DNA of 63,448 nucleotides, counting the filler, from Octopus bimaculoides (lineage: Eukaryota), in assembly GCF_001194135.2 (NCBI RefSeq). It is 4 parts of 4 records of this genome, joined end to end, with 100 filler letters (N's around TTAATTAATTAA, not from the genome) between each part and the next. Parts side by side here need not be neighbours in the genome. Positions count along the whole stretch, not along the records: positions 1 to 18,197 come from NC_069010.1; 3 more parts are not named here. One strand, given 5' to 3'. A program made the position numbers and the translations under genes. This document shows positions 1-12,331 of the stretch, in pieces. Below the pieces are notes generated by a model that made no database searches, had not been told where the DNA came from, and saw only the letters and a program-made list of their open reading frames with translations. Within the stretch, counting starts at the first letter, position 1. Each line of letters starts with the position of its first letter.

Positions 1-38
<38 letters not shown>

Positions 39-744
39 GACGGGCTTCTTTCAGTTTCCGTCTACCAAATCCACTCACAAGGCTTTGGTCGGATTACATG
101 GAAAAATATGAGCGAGAGAAATAATATTCTTCAGATTATAAGCCTGGAAAATTACAGGACGAGCTGTTACACTTGGAAAAGTTCACGACGAGTTATTTGG
201 TTAAGAACCGAATTAGCGACAAGTTCTGAAAGATGCTGCATGTAAGTAAACTGCAGCTTTAAGAATTTCATTCAACTACAATAGATATACACACAAAGTA
301 AACACATATATGCAAAACAAGGTAGAGAAAAATAGAACTCAAAAACCGAAGGTAAAGTAATATGCTTTTATTGAAGCTGCAAAATTTTCACAGAACTGTT
401 ACTCAGAGTTTCACGGTTCTGTTGTGATGAATGCTGAATTATAACCATGATTGTATATATAATATAACGTTATGTAATATAACTGAAATCAACAAACAGG
501 CATTTAAATTCGTTTCGGAGACAACTTTTTTCAAAACATAACCATGTAATTTTCATTACAAATTGGGTGGTAGGTGGTGTGAAAATTAAACAGTAAAGTA
601 TAAATATAAATATCATAAGATATATATATATAATGAAAAAAAAAAAAACTTGTGTAGACCAGGGGAATGTTCAGAAAATAAATGATTGATAATTGGTTAT
701 TAATAATGAGATTGAAAGAATAGAATTGCGAGTTGGGTGTTGTA

Positions 745-915
745 TTCTTCGAAAGAATAGGTTTAAAAATTACAATAGATACAAACCTTAGTAATGTTAA
801 TTTCTTAGATATTAATTTAAACTTAGAATCAAATAGTTTTAAGCCCTTTTTTTAAAGTCTACTGAGAAGCTATACTATGTTGACAAAGGGTCCAATCAGC
901 CACCTTTGATCCTTA
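745..915 (+). mobile_element. Penelope-like element RT fragment
   Basis: IGLKITIDTNLSNVNFLDINLNLESNSFKPF(fs)..KLYYVDKGSNQPPLIL matches the PLE RT C-terminal pattern (LKITxxxN...FLD...YKPY...SNHPP). Confidence 0.7.
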
Positions 916-1339
916 GGGTTAGGGCAGCGGACTTGCGGTCATAGGATCGCGGTTTCGATTCCCAGACCGGGCGTTTTGAATTTTTATTGAGCGAAAACAC
1001 CTAAAAGCTCCGCAAGGAGCCGAAAGGGTGGGTGGGGTGGAGGCGAATGCTGCTGTAGGTACTTGTGTTTGTCCTATTTTTCCAAATATGACAAGAAAAA
1101 GTTGATCTGAAAATTCAATGAGGATGAACTGAGATATTTTAAAATGTCTTTAGAATTGTCAAAGAAAAGAAATAATGAATCACCATTTGAATGAATCTTT
1201 CATAGTGTGAGAAACAGGATTTATGCAATTATATATAAATTGTATATATGTATATAAAAGAGACCACTAAAGTGGAACTGTAGATGTGCTAGAAGAAGAT
1301 CATATAATTGTATATATGTATAAATATAGATATGTGTAC

Positions 1340-2100
1340 AAGAGTACAATTGGTAAATTGTTGCCATTTAAAATTTTTTATTTTGTGCACATGCATTGTT
1401 TGTTTTTTTGTTGACTACACAGTATGGTAGGGTCAGTTGGGCACTGTCAGTGAGAAAAACAGCATAATGACGCAATCCACTGCCAGAAATTTGGGAATGA
1501 CATGCTGTATTGCCTGGCATTCACGCTGAAACTTCCAGTATGAACATTTCAGATTGTTTGGATGTTAATCTGAGGACTGTAGAAGATTCCAAAAGAGCTG
1601 GATGAGTCTAACGGTGATTATGAAGGTATGGCAGTTCAGAAAACTCACCCTGATCGTTCTGGTGAGAAAAGAACTCTTGAATTTGTTGGTGAGATCCAGG
1701 ATATGATTGACAATGATTCTTCCACCTGAATCAGGTCCATGGGAGTGTCTTGACTTTCTTATCAGCAGGTAGCGCATGAAGACATTCGGTATTCCTTGTG
1801 CAAGATGAGAAAGGGCCAATTTTTATCCCTAGCCATTCAAGGACAAAAAAAAAAAACGACTGCACTATGAAGCTTTCGAAGAAAATCTAGCATCCCCTCC
1901 GACTGAACATGCTTTGGTTTTTCTCAGACAAGAAAAATTTCTTGCCAGGATCAGATGGTAACACGGAACAACCGTTGGCTTACCATGTACACAAAACATG
2001 TACCGAGAGTGATAAAGATCAAACATCCAGTCAACTGTTTCGACTGATCACTAAAGATGGAGACGTTATGTCTCCATTCATCTTTCCACATGGCCTCAGG
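1340..2100 (+). mobile_element. Decayed Tc1/mariner (maT-like) transposon
   Basis: KRTLEFVGEIQDMIDND...HEDIRYSLCKMRKGQFLS...MLWFFSDKKNF...DGDVMSPFIFPHGLR with frameshifts; truncated by a SINE at ~2100. Confidence 0.75.
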
Positions 2101-2546
2101 TGTCGATTCCCAGACCGAGCGCTGAGCAAAAACACCTAAAGCCCCATAAGGTTCCAACAGGTGGCGAACCCTGCTGTACTCTTTCACCACAACTTTCTCA
2201 CACTCTTTCTTCCTGTTTCTGTTGTACCTGTATTTCAAAGGGCCAACCTTGTCAGACAATCTCTGTGAGAACTACATTAAGGGTACACATGTCTGTGGAG
2301 TGCTCAGCCACTTGCATGCTGATCTGATGAACTGGAACCCTTGTCATTGTAACCGACAGAGTTCCACATTTACTAACCAATGCTTTGTGAGTGAATTTCA
2401 TACAAGGAAACTAAAATGAAGCTTTATGTCTTTTTGTTTGCCCCCCCCTCCCCCAACATTTCTTAAGAACCGGTGTTAGTTTGTTTACATCTTGTATCTT
2501 AGTAGTTCAACAAAAGAAACCAATAGAATAAACATCAGATTAAGAA

Positions 2547-2740
2547 AAGATAAAGTATTGAGGCCAATCAGTTCAACTAAGACCCTTCATGGGAATGCCC
2601 CAGAATGGCCATGGTCAACTAAGAGAAGCGATTAAATAAAAGATAAGGTATTGAGGTCAATCAGTTCAATTAAGACCCTTCATGGGAATGCCCCAGAATG
2701 GCCATAGTCAGATGAGAAAAGTGATTAAAAAAATGATCAA
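2547..2740. repeat. ~93-bp tandem duplication
   Basis: AAAGATAAxGTATTGAGGxCAATCAGTTCAAxTAAGACCCTTCATGGGAATGCCCCAGAATGGCCAT occurs twice. Confidence 0.85.
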
Positions 2741-3148
2741 GAAACAATGTCAAATGGCACCTTTTATTCCTTCTGAAATATATTACATAAGGAAGTATTT
2801 TGTGAGAGAATGCTTCTTGTGAAAAACATCAGACTTGTATTCTAATCCACCACTAGTTATGCTTATATAATAATGTACAGGTTTAAGACTTTATCATATC
2901 CTCTAAGTTATTCTGTTACATTTGCCATGTGATTATACATCTTATTTCTTTCACATACTCACTGATACAGTTACAGTTCTGTATGTATGCATAAATGCAT
3001 ACTGGATTGTTTTGCTCCTCTGCAGCAGTGCACCGGTTTCTGCTCTTATTCATGATCATTCTCTCCACTTGCGTTTCCCTCTGGCCAGGTAACCATGTAC
3101 CTCCTCTGTAGCAAAACAGCCTTTTCTGCCTCTCTGTTTCACTGCCAC

Positions 3149-3235
3149 GCTCTAACCCAGTGGTTCTCAACCATTTCATTATCAAGGACCCCTTTTATTT
3201 AAATGAGTTTTCCCACAGACCCCTTTTAATATGCT
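3149..3235 (+). mobile_element. hAT (Charlie-like) terminal fragment
   Basis: Begins CAGTGGTTCTCAACC, a typical hAT terminus. Confidence 0.45.
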
Positions 3236-3280
3236 TATCCTTATATATATATATATATACTCTTTTACTCTTTTACTTGT

Positions 3281-3672
3281 TTCAGTCTTTTAACTGCGGC
3301 CATGCTGGAGCACCGCCTTTAGTCGAGCAAATCGACCCCAGGACTTATTCTTTAGAAGCCTAGTACTTATTCTATCGGTCTCTTTTGCCGAACCGCTAAG
3401 TTACGGGGACGTAAACACACTAGCATCGGTTGTCAAGCGATGGTGGGGGGACAAACACAGACACACAAACACACATACATACATATGTATATACATATAT
3501 ACACATACATACATACACATATATATATACATATATACGACGGGCTTCTTTCAGTTTCCGTCTACCAAATCCACTCACAAGGCTTTGGTCGGCCCGAGGC
3601 TATAGTAGAAGACACTTGCCCAAGATGCCACGCAGTGGGACTGAACCCGGGACCATGTGGTTGGTAAGCAAG

Positions 3673-3675
<3 letters not shown>
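3281..3675 (-). mobile_element. tRNA-headed SINE family C with internal TA/CA microsatellite (fragments at 37-92 -, 25795-25925 +)
   Basis: Minus-strand head ..CACATGGTCCCGGGTTCAGTCCCACTG; shares GACGGGCTTCTTTCAGTTTCCGTCTACCAAATCCACTCACAAGGC with 37-92. Confidence 0.75.
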
Positions 3676-3708
<33 letters not shown>

Positions 3709-4089
3709 TATGGGAAATGAATTACATAGGGATGATGATTTTTAAATGTTTATAAGCCTGAAAGGGCTGGTCTTACTAATAGCCAATGGACATATGCAAC
3801 ACATCTTACCAGTGTGATATCTATGAAAATTCATTCTCTCAAAAGTCACCTTATTATTCAGACATTATCACATGGTCATATGTGATAAATCATTGTCTTA
3901 GTATTATAATTTAGCTACACACAAACGTATTCAGACCAGACAGACAACATATGGATGTAATATCGGTCTGTGATATATCATTCTTTCAATATAATCACTT
4001 ATTTGCATACAAATATATTCACAGAGGACAGGAAGCATGGTTCCTGGATATTTGGCTGAATGAAATTTTTAACTGTTTATTTTTATTTC

Positions 4090-4470
4090 TATATTTATAC
4101 AGGGGAAAGTTTATCAATGTAATATCTGTTTCTAGGAAATCATAATATAATTTAGCAACACACACACATTCCTTAATATAATTTAGCAACACACACATNN
4201 NNNNNNNNAATATAATTTAGCAACACACACACATTCCTTAATATAATTTAGCAACACACACACATTTATACAAGGGAAAGTTTATCAATGTAATATCTGT
4301 TTCTAGGAAATCATAATATAATTTAGCAACACACACACATTCCTTAATATAATTTAGCAACACACACATTCATTCATACAAGGAAATGCTTATCAATGTA
4401 ATATCTGTTTGTAGGATAGCATTCTCTCAATGCAGTAACTTAGCAACACACAAACATATTCATACAAGGG
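4090..4470. repeat. Nested minisatellite (~30-bp units within ~125-bp units)
   Basis: Repeated TTAATATAATTTAGCAACACACACACATTCC and GAAAGTTTATCAATGTAATATCTGTTTCTAGGA; contains a small N gap. Confidence 0.8.
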
Positions 4471-4511
4471 AAAGCATATCCTTGTGGTGTGTTGGCACTC
4501 TGTCGCTTAAT

Positions 4512-4871
4512 ACGTTGAGGGTTCCAGTTGATCCGATCAACGGAACAGCCTGCTCGTGAAATTAACGTGCAAGTGGCTGAGCACTCCACAGACACGTGTA
4601 CCCTTAACGTAGTTCTCGGGGAGATTCAGCGTGACACAGAGTGTGACAAGGCTGACCCTTTGAATTACAGGCACAACAGAAACAGGAAGTAAGAGTGAGA
4701 GAAAGTTGTGGTGAAAGAGTACAGCAGGGTTCACCAACATCCCCTGCTGGAGCCTCGTGGAGCTTTAGGTGTTTTCGCTCAATAAACACTCACAACGCCC
4801 GGTCTGGGAATCGAAACCGCGATCCTACAACCGCGAGTCTGCTGCCCTAACCACTGGGCCATTGCGCCTCC
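4512..4871 (-). mobile_element. tRNA-headed SINE family A, near full length
   Basis: Reverse complement of the 18934 copy, with a longer 3' end. Confidence 0.8.
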
Positions 4872-5222
4872 ATAAGCACCACTAACGATGGAATAAAATA
4901 CAAGTCTGATGTTTTTCACAAGAAGCATTTTCTCACAACACTTCCATATGTAATATATTTCAGAAGGAATAAAAGGTGCCATTTGACATTGTTTCTTTAT
5001 CTTTTTACTTTTAATCGGTTCACTTATTTGACCATGGTCATTCTTGGGCACTGCTTTGAAGGGGTTTCAGTTGAACAGATTGACGAGTAAGAAGGAAAAG
5101 GAAGGACAGAAGAGACAAGAAAACGAACAACAAACAAAAAATGGAGATACCAGATTACTGGTGTAGAGAGTGAAGAAATACAACTGAGAGAGAGCTATGC
5201 AAAGGGAAGCATGAACAGATAA

Positions 5223-5447
5223 GGCGGCGAGGTGGCAGAAACGTTAGCACGCCAGGCGAAATGCTTAGCAGTATTTCGTCTGCCGTTACGTTCTGAGTTC
5301 AAATTCCGCCGAAGTCGACTTTGCCTGTCATCCTTTCGGGGTCGGGTCGATGAAATAAGTACCAGTTACACACTGGGGTCAATGTAACCAACTTAATCTC
5401 TTTGTCTGTCCTTGTTTGTCCCCTCTATGTTTAGCCCCTTGTGGGCA

Positions 5448-5488
<41 letters not shown>
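5223..5488 (+). mobile_element. SINE family B with poly(A) tail (other copies 25070-25301 +, 35586-35745 +, 22050-22268 -, 29340-29500 -, 29545-29745 -, 32095-32460 -)
   Basis: GGCGGCGAG.TGGCAGAAACGTTAGCAC..GAGTTCAAATTCCGCC head; at least seven homologous copies. Confidence 0.8.
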
Positions 5489-5491
<3 letters not shown>

Positions 5492-5974
5492 AAGTATGAA
5501 CAGATATTGGTGACATACGAGAAAAGTGTAGAAATGGAGAAGCATATTGCAAAAATGGAGGGCGTAATAAGAGTGAAATTAGCAGAGAATGAAGAGAACT
5601 ATTATAAAAGCAGTGCTAGTGGGAGACGAAAGAGCGGCGAGACTAAATGAATTATTTGGAAAAAGAACAGAAATTACACGAAAGTGGTTTCAATATGATG
5701 AACTGCCACCGGTGGTAATGTATGAAGACTTCATACCTTACGCAATATAAACATGATGGATACTAAACAAAATGATTGATTATAAAAAACAGTAAAATGG
5801 AACTTTCTACTTTGCGGGGGGTAGAAAGCCATTTCATTATCATTATCATACTTTTTCACACTTCATAATTCATTCATCTTTTCTACATATAAGGTTTTAT
5901 GCCTGTAATACAGAGACAAGAAGCTTAGCTGAACTGCATAAAGAAAAAAACAAACAAAAAAACAAGAAAAAAAA

Positions 5975-6130
5975 ACCTAAGTCCAGTCAAAATTAAGCAA
6001 TCAAATTCAGATGGTGAAACTTACCTGACGATGCCTGTTACCGAAGTAAAACAGATTTAATAAACTTGATGATAGAAGTTGGAGCTCATTTGGATAAGAG
6101 TGACAAAAGTGGTTGTACAGCTGTGATTGG
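5975..6130 (+). pseudogene. Ankyrin module copy
   Basis: SDGETYLTM(fs)CYRSKTDLINLMIEVGAHLDKSDKSGCTA-VIG, then a gtaagt donor at 6131. Confidence 0.75.
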
Positions 6131-6600
6131 GTAAGTTTAGAATTAACATTGCACATTCCAACATCTTTGACGATGCCAACAGAAGAGTGTCAAAGACCAG
6201 CAAAATTGCCAGCTCACTAAGGCAGTGATTTACCCATGCACCCATGCCACCCNNNNNNNNNNNNNNNNNNNNNNNNNNNNNNNNNNNNNNNNNNNNNNNN
6301 NNNNNNNNNNNNNNNNNNNNNNNNNNNNNNNNNNNNNNNNCCACAGATGAGGAATACCAAAGAAAAAAACCTCACCACGAACCCCACTCCTGATGAAAGT
6401 TGCTTTAAGTGTACCAAAGAGATTCATGTCATTGAAGGATAGGTTTACTCAGCCACTTAATGGCTTGTTACTCTTCCTCATGATTTTGGCACATAAATAA
6501 TTACCATCAAACACACTTATGGGTGTACAGAGTGTGGCAAAAGTCGCACACCACAAGGGACAATTTATTAAAAGTATAGTTACACACAAAACTGGTTATG

Positions 6601-6977
6601 AGTGACAAACATGGTTAAACAGCTTTACATCATGCTGTGATTGGGTAAGTTTAGAATTAACATTGCACAATCAAAGCCATGGCTGAGAAGGGGATGAATC
6701 TGCCCCATTGAGACAGTGCTTTGACACAAGTCGGCCAGGGTAGGGCTACCTGCAAAGTTGCTCCTACTGAGATCCACTTTCCATTATGAATGGAGAAATC
6801 CAAGTGTGACACCACAGCAGTCAGGAGTAGAAGAGCTTGAGACCAATGCTGAAACTTATCTAACGATGCCTGTTAACGAGGCAACACAAATTTAATAAAT
6901 TTCTTGACGAAATTTCGAGATAACCTGGATATCAGTGACGAAAACAGGTAAACAGCATTGCATCATGCTGTGATTGG
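6601..6977 (+). pseudogene. Two ankyrin module copies or fragments (6601-6644; 6845-6977)
   Basis: SDKHG*TALHHAVIG|gtaagt, and AETYLTM(fs)C*RGNTNLINFLTKFRDNLDISDENR*TALHHAVIG|gtaagt. Confidence 0.75.
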
Positions 6978-7289
6978 GTAAGTTTAGAATTAACATTGCA
7001 CAATCAAAGCCATGGCTGAGAAGGGGATGAATCTGCCCCATTGAGACAGTGCTTTGATACAAGTCGGCCAGGGTAGGGCAAACTGAAGTGTTGCTCCTAC
7101 TGAGATCCACTTTCCAGTATGAATGGAGACACCCAAGTCTGACACCATAGCAGTTAGAAGTAGAAGAGGTTGCATCTGTCCAGACTGGAGACAAAGAGTG
7201 GGTGAAGCCCCCTAATGCATGGCGCACAATGAAAGTAGAAAAATGAAGGGTGACTGCAATCAGTACATGGAAAAAACACATCGGTGGAT

Positions 7290-7400
7290 ATTCACCAAAC
7301 AGATAAAGACGGTTAAACTTATCTGATGGCTGCTTGTATACAAGGTAACATAGATATCCTAAACTTGTTGATAGGAGTTGAGCTGATCTGAACATGAGAT
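7290..7400 (+). pseudogene. Ankyrin module fragment fused to an RTE remnant
   Basis: IHQTDKDG*TYLMAACIQGNIDILNLLIGV(fs)ADLNMR. Confidence 0.8.
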
Positions 7401-7407
7401 TTGAATA

Positions 7408-7700
7408 TTTCATGGAAGGAATCCCTCACCAACAATGAAGTCCTCAAGCAGGCCAACATCTGAGCATTGAAGACTTCCTGCTCTTCAGACAGCTCAAGAG
7501 GGTAGGCCATGTCAGAAGTATGCACAAACCTAGATTGCCAAGGGCTGTTTTCTACAGCAAGCCCAGCTAAAGCAAAAGGGACAAAAGAGCATCCCACCAT
7601 AAGCGTATCAGAGAGCAGCTAAAATGCCAGCTAACCTAGGCAGAGATTGATCCCCCACCACCCACAAATGGGTAGAAAGGAGTTGCAGCATAGAGTGGTA
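7408..7700 (+). mobile_element. RTE-clade LINE C-terminal remnant (empty-site sister of the EVE junction)
   Basis: ISWKESLTNNEVLKQANI*(fs)IEDFLLFRQLKRVGHVRSMHKPRLPRAVFYS. Confidence 0.75.
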
Positions 7701-8142
7701 AGGTGAGAAACTGGATCCAGACTACTGCAGGGGACCTTGAAAACACCAGAGCAAGTGCCACAGATGAGGAATACCAAAGAAAAAAACCTCACCACGAACC
7801 CCACTCCTGATGAAAGTTGCTTTAAGTGTACCAGAGAGATTCATGTCATTGAAGGATAGGTTTACTCAGCCACTTAATGGCTTGTTACTCTTCCTCATGA
7901 TTTTGGCACATAAATAATTACCNNNNNNNNNNNNNNNNNNNNNNNNNNNNNNNNNNNNNNNNNNNNNNNNNNNNNNNNNNNNNNNNNNNNNNNNNNNNNN
8001 NNNNNNNNNNNNNNNNNNNNNNNNNNGATACAAGTCGGTCAGGGTAGGGCAAACTGAAGAGTTGCCCCTACTGAGATCCCACATTGTAGTAAGAATGGAG
8101 ACATCCAAGTCTGACATCACAGAAGTAGAAGAGGTTGAGACC

Positions 8143-8275
8143 AGTGCTGAAACTTATCTAACGATGCCTGTTAACGAGGCAACACAAGTTTAATAAATTT
8201 CTTGACGAAATTTCGAGATAACCTGGATATCAGTGACGAAAACGGGTAAACAGCATTGCATCATGCTGTGATTGG
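8143..8275 (+). pseudogene. Ankyrin module copy (duplicate of 6845-6977)
   Basis: Near-identical to 6845-6977; ends TALHHAVIG|gtaagt. Confidence 0.75.
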
Positions 8276-8585
8276 GTAAGTTTAGAATTAACATTGCACA
8301 ATCAAAGCCATGGCTGAGAAGGGGATGAATCTGCCCCATTGAGACAGTGCTTTGATACAAGTCGGTCAGGGTAGGGCAAACTGAAGAGTTGCCCCTACTG
8401 AGATCCCACATTGTAGTAAGAATGGAGACATCCAAGTCTGACATCACAGAAGTAGAAGAGGTTGCATCTGTCCAGATTGGAGAAAAAAAGTGGGTGAAGC
8501 CCCCCCTAATGCATGGCGCACAATGCAAGGAGAGAATGGAAGGGTGACTGCAATCAGTACATGGAAAAAAACATATTGGTAGATA

Positions 8586-8736
8586 TTCTCCAAATAGATG
8601 AAGGCAGTTGAACTTATGTGATAGCTGCTTGTATACAGGGTAACATAGATGTAATAAACTTGTTAATAGGAGCTGGACCTGATATGAAAATGAGAGACAC
8701 ATTTGGTAATACAGCTTTACATAATGCTGTGATTGG
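8586..8736 (+). pseudogene. Ankyrin-repeat coding module (best-preserved copy)
   Basis: Reads ILQIDEGS*TYVIAACIQGNIDVINLLIGAGPDMKMRDTFGNTALHNAVIG: one full ANK repeat plus the start of the next, one stop, no frameshift. Followed by a mutated donor (ataagt). Confidence 0.85.
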
Positions 8737-9099
8737 ATAAGTTTAGAATTAACTAAAATCTTCAGACCTGTTTGGCTTCTAAATTTCTCCCAATTCTAGA
8801 ATAGTGGAATATCCAAAGGTGTGGCACGAAAAAAAGCACCACCTGAAAGTGACCGATGCCAGGGCCCCCCACCGGCTGGTTCCTGTACCGGTAGCAAGTA
8901 GAAAGCAAACTACTACACTCTTAGAGTGGTTGGCATGAAGAAGGGAATGCAGCCGCAGAAACATTGCCACATAAGACTGGAGCCTGGTGCAGCCCAATGG
9001 CTTGCCAGCCCTCAGTCAAACGTCCGACCCATGCCAGCATGGGAAGTGCACGTTAAACGATGATGATGATGATGAATGTCTCCTTGCTTATGCAAAGAC

Positions 9100-9325
9100 T
9101 GTGGAGGAGCCCATTCAGGACCTGCTGTTGACATGATTGCAAATTCCTAGCACACACAGTATTGGCCTTCCAGACATTGGTGTTCAGCCTCTTCTATGGC
9201 CTCATCATCACTCAGAAGAAAACTGGAGTGTTATTCCAGAAACCATCGTATGCCACGTACCAAACACTGCAAATCAGCAATGAGGGAATCTTCCTTAATG
9301 TAGTCAAACATTTGCAGTCAATACA
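9100..9325 (+). mobile_element. RTE-clade LINE RT remnant
   Basis: EEPIQDLLLT..CKFLAHT..FYGLIITQKKTGVLFQKPSYATYQTLQISNEGIFLNVVKH. Confidence 0.7.
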
Positions 9326-9519
9326 GGAGCAGGGGTGGAGTCATGTACAGAAATGAAAGGGCCACTGAGGATGAGGGGGACCAGAAACAAGGGTCAATTA
9401 TGCCACATCAAGAAGCAGAGGGTTTGAACAGTCTCTTTCTTTGTGTTTTGGGAAGTATTTCTTTCTGACCTGAAGCTTGCATAGATTGTATAAAAAAAAA
9501 AAATGAAAAAAAACAAAGG

Positions 9520-9670
9520 AATTTAAGTTCAGCTTAAATTAACCGAACAGATTCATGAGATAAACTCCTTTAATGTTTGCTTGTAGATATGGCAACACAG
9601 TTTTAACAAACTTGTTGATAGCAGTTCGAGTTGATTTCAACGTGCGTGACACAATTGGTCATATAGCTTT
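9520..9670 (+). pseudogene. Ankyrin module copy, 3'-truncated by an unclassified insertion
   Basis: TPLMFACRYGNTVLTNLLIAVRVDFNVRDTIGHIAF. Confidence 0.8.
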
Positions 9671-10029
9671 CCCGCATACATGTGCTTCGGTACTGAAGCT
9701 GAATTGAATATGGAAAGTTGCCTGTGGGCGGCGGAAGGCCTGCTCGCAAGGTATATGAACTGAATTGTTTTGTATTGTGACTATAAATATGTTTACTTAT
9801 TTTTGAACAAACGTATTCGAGGGGTTGCTGATCTGTGGGCGTCGGCGCCCCTCTTATTTTTCATATGTATCATCCTTTCATTCTACATTTGTCTGTGTCC
9901 AGCCCTAGCTACGGCCATTCTATGTAAAGCCTATATGGCTAATTAATGAAATAGAGTAGGATCAGAAGATAAGGTAAATTGCATTAAAAACAAAATCCCT
10001 AAGTCCAGACAAAATTAAGCAATCAAATT

Positions 10030-10449
10030 CATATGCTTCTGGAAAAGGTAAGACAAGCATAATAAGTTTGATGATAGAAGTTGGAGATAATGTGGACAAA
10101 CTCCTTTAATGTATGCAATGTAAAAATGGCGACACAGTTTTAACAAACTTGTTGATAGTAGTTGGAATTTATTTCGACATGTAATTGGGTAGGATCAGAA
10201 TTAACTAAAATCTTCAGATGTTTGGTTTCTGACCTGAATTTGCGTAGATTGTATAAAAAAAAAAAAATGAAAAAAACAAGAGAATTTAAGTTCAGCTTAT
10301 ATTAACTGAACTGGTTTGAGATAAACTCCTTTAATGTTTGCATGTAAAAATGGCGACACAGTTTTAACAAACTTGTTGATAGTAGTTGGTGTTGATTTTG
10401 AAATGCGTGACACAATTGTTCATACAGCTTTTAATCATGCTGTAATTGG
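10030..10449 (+). pseudogene. Two ankyrin module copies (chimeric 10030-10188; 10325-10449)
   Basis: ASGKGKTSIISLMIEVGDNVD fused to TPLMYA..NGDTVLTNLLIVVG; the second copy reads TPLMFACKNGDTVLTNLLIVVGVDFEMRDTIVHTAFNHAVIG|gtagga. Confidence 0.75.
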
Positions 10450-10779
10450 GTAGGATCAGAATTAACTAAAATCTTCAGATGTTTGCTTTAAAATTTCTTC
10501 CCAATTCTAGACTAGTGAAATACCCAAAATGTGGCACATAAAACAGCACCAACCGAAGGTGATCGATGGCAGGGCCTCCTGGCAGGTTCCTCAATAGAGG
10601 AGCAGGGATCTTTAGATCTGGAGTGAGAGCATGTGAAGAAATGAGTTCACATTGAGAAGCAGAGAATGTGAACAGTCTCCTTCTTTGCTGGGTTGTCTTG
10701 TGCAAAAGATGTGGTTTGGGAAATATTCCTTTCTGACTAGGAGGCAAGGAAAATTGCATTAAAAAAAACAACAACCCCT

Positions 10780-10936
10780 AAGTCCAGACAAAATTAAGCA
10801 ATCAAATTCAGATGGTGAAGCTTACCTGAAGATTGCTTCTGGAAAGGGTAAGACAAGCATTATAAGTTTGATGATAGAAGCTGGAGATTAGGTGGATCTG
10901 AGTGACAAACTTGGTTGTACAGCTTTACATCATTGG
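10780..10936 (+). pseudogene. Ankyrin module copy
   Basis: LSPDKIKQSNSDGEAYLKIASGKGKTSIISLMIEAGD*VDLSDKLGCTALHH. Confidence 0.8.
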
Positions 10937-11419
10937 ATAAGTTTGAAAGTAACTAAAAAAAATCTCCAGATTTGTTTGTTTCTAAATTTCATACAATTCT
11001 AGCCTGGTGAAATATTAAAAAATGTGGCACGGAAAAAGCACCACCCAAACATGATGAATGCTGAAGCCCCATGACTAGCCCCCGTGTCAATCGCACATAA
11101 ACATCAGTCAAAATGCACAACCCATGACAGCATGGGAAGCACACGTTAAATGATGATGATGATGATGATGATGAATGGCTCCTTGCTTTTGCAAAGACTG
11201 TGGAGGAGCCCATTCAGGACTTGTAAAAAAAATGAAAGGACCACTGAGGATGAGGGGGACCAGAAACAAGGGGAAATTATGCCACATCAAGAAGCAGAGG
11301 GTTTGAACAGTCTCCTTCTTTGCGTGGTTGTCTAGTGCAAAACATGTGTTTTGGGAAATATTTCTTTCCGGCCTTAAGCTTGCATAGATTGTATAAAAAA
11401 AAATGAAAAAAACAAAGGA

Positions 11420-11587
11420 ATTTAAGTTCAGCTTAAATTAACCGAACAGATTCATGAAATAAACTCCTTTAATGTTTGCTTGTAAATATGGCAACACAGT
11501 TTTAACAAACTTGTTGATAGCAGTTGGAGTTGATTTCAACGTGCGTGACACAATTGGTCATACAGCTTTCAATCAGGCTGTGACTGA
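11420..11587 (+). pseudogene. Ankyrin module copy
   Basis: NLSSA*INRTDS..*TPLMFACKYGNTVLTNLLIAVGVDFNVRDTIGHTAFNQAVT, then gtagga. Confidence 0.8.
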
Positions 11588-12331
11588 GTAGGATCAGAAT
11601 TAACTAAAACCTTCAAGAGATAGGCTTGAAAGATAAAACATCATACATTTCTTAAGAGCTGCACACAGAATCATTGGAAATAGAATAGTGGAATGACACC
11701 TTTGTACAATCAAAGGCACGACTGAGAGGGGATGAATCTGCCCTATTGAAACAGTCTCTGATACATGCTGACCAGGGTAGGGCAAACTGAAGCATTCCAG
11801 TATGAATGGAGACATCCATGTTTGACACCACAGCAGTCAGAAGTGGAAGGGGTTGCATCTGTCCTGATCAAGGACTCAAGAGTGGGTGAAGCCCCGTAAT
11901 GCATGTCGCACAACCCAAGGAGAGAAAGGAAGGCTGACAGCGATCACTATGCAGAAAATACATATTGGTGGAAGGAATGCCGTGTCATAGATCATGTGTT
12001 TGGAGAGTGGTTAGCTCCACTGATGACAAAGGTGAGCGAGAAACCAGCCCAGTTACACTCTGAAGATCACAAAGTCACAAAGGTAACATCGGCCACCCAA
12101 GAAGAGAGGAGCATTGATCTTCAGATCTCGGATAGGGGTCACGTGAAGAAATAAAGTGGGTAATGAGGATGAGGAGCCCAGAAGCAAGCGGAAACGATAT
12201 AACACCAAGAAGCAGAGTGTTTGAATCGTCTCTTTCTTTGCTGGGTTGTCTTGTGCAGAAGGTGTAGTTTGGGAAGTAATCCTTTCTGACTACAAGATTG
12301 AATAGATTGCATGAAAAGAATGAAAAAAATA

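Noticed and set aside
6892-8702. Minus-strand ORFs of 173 aa and 170 aa
   Set aside because: They are antisense read-throughs of the duplicated ankyrin and repeat blocks, with no coherent domain.
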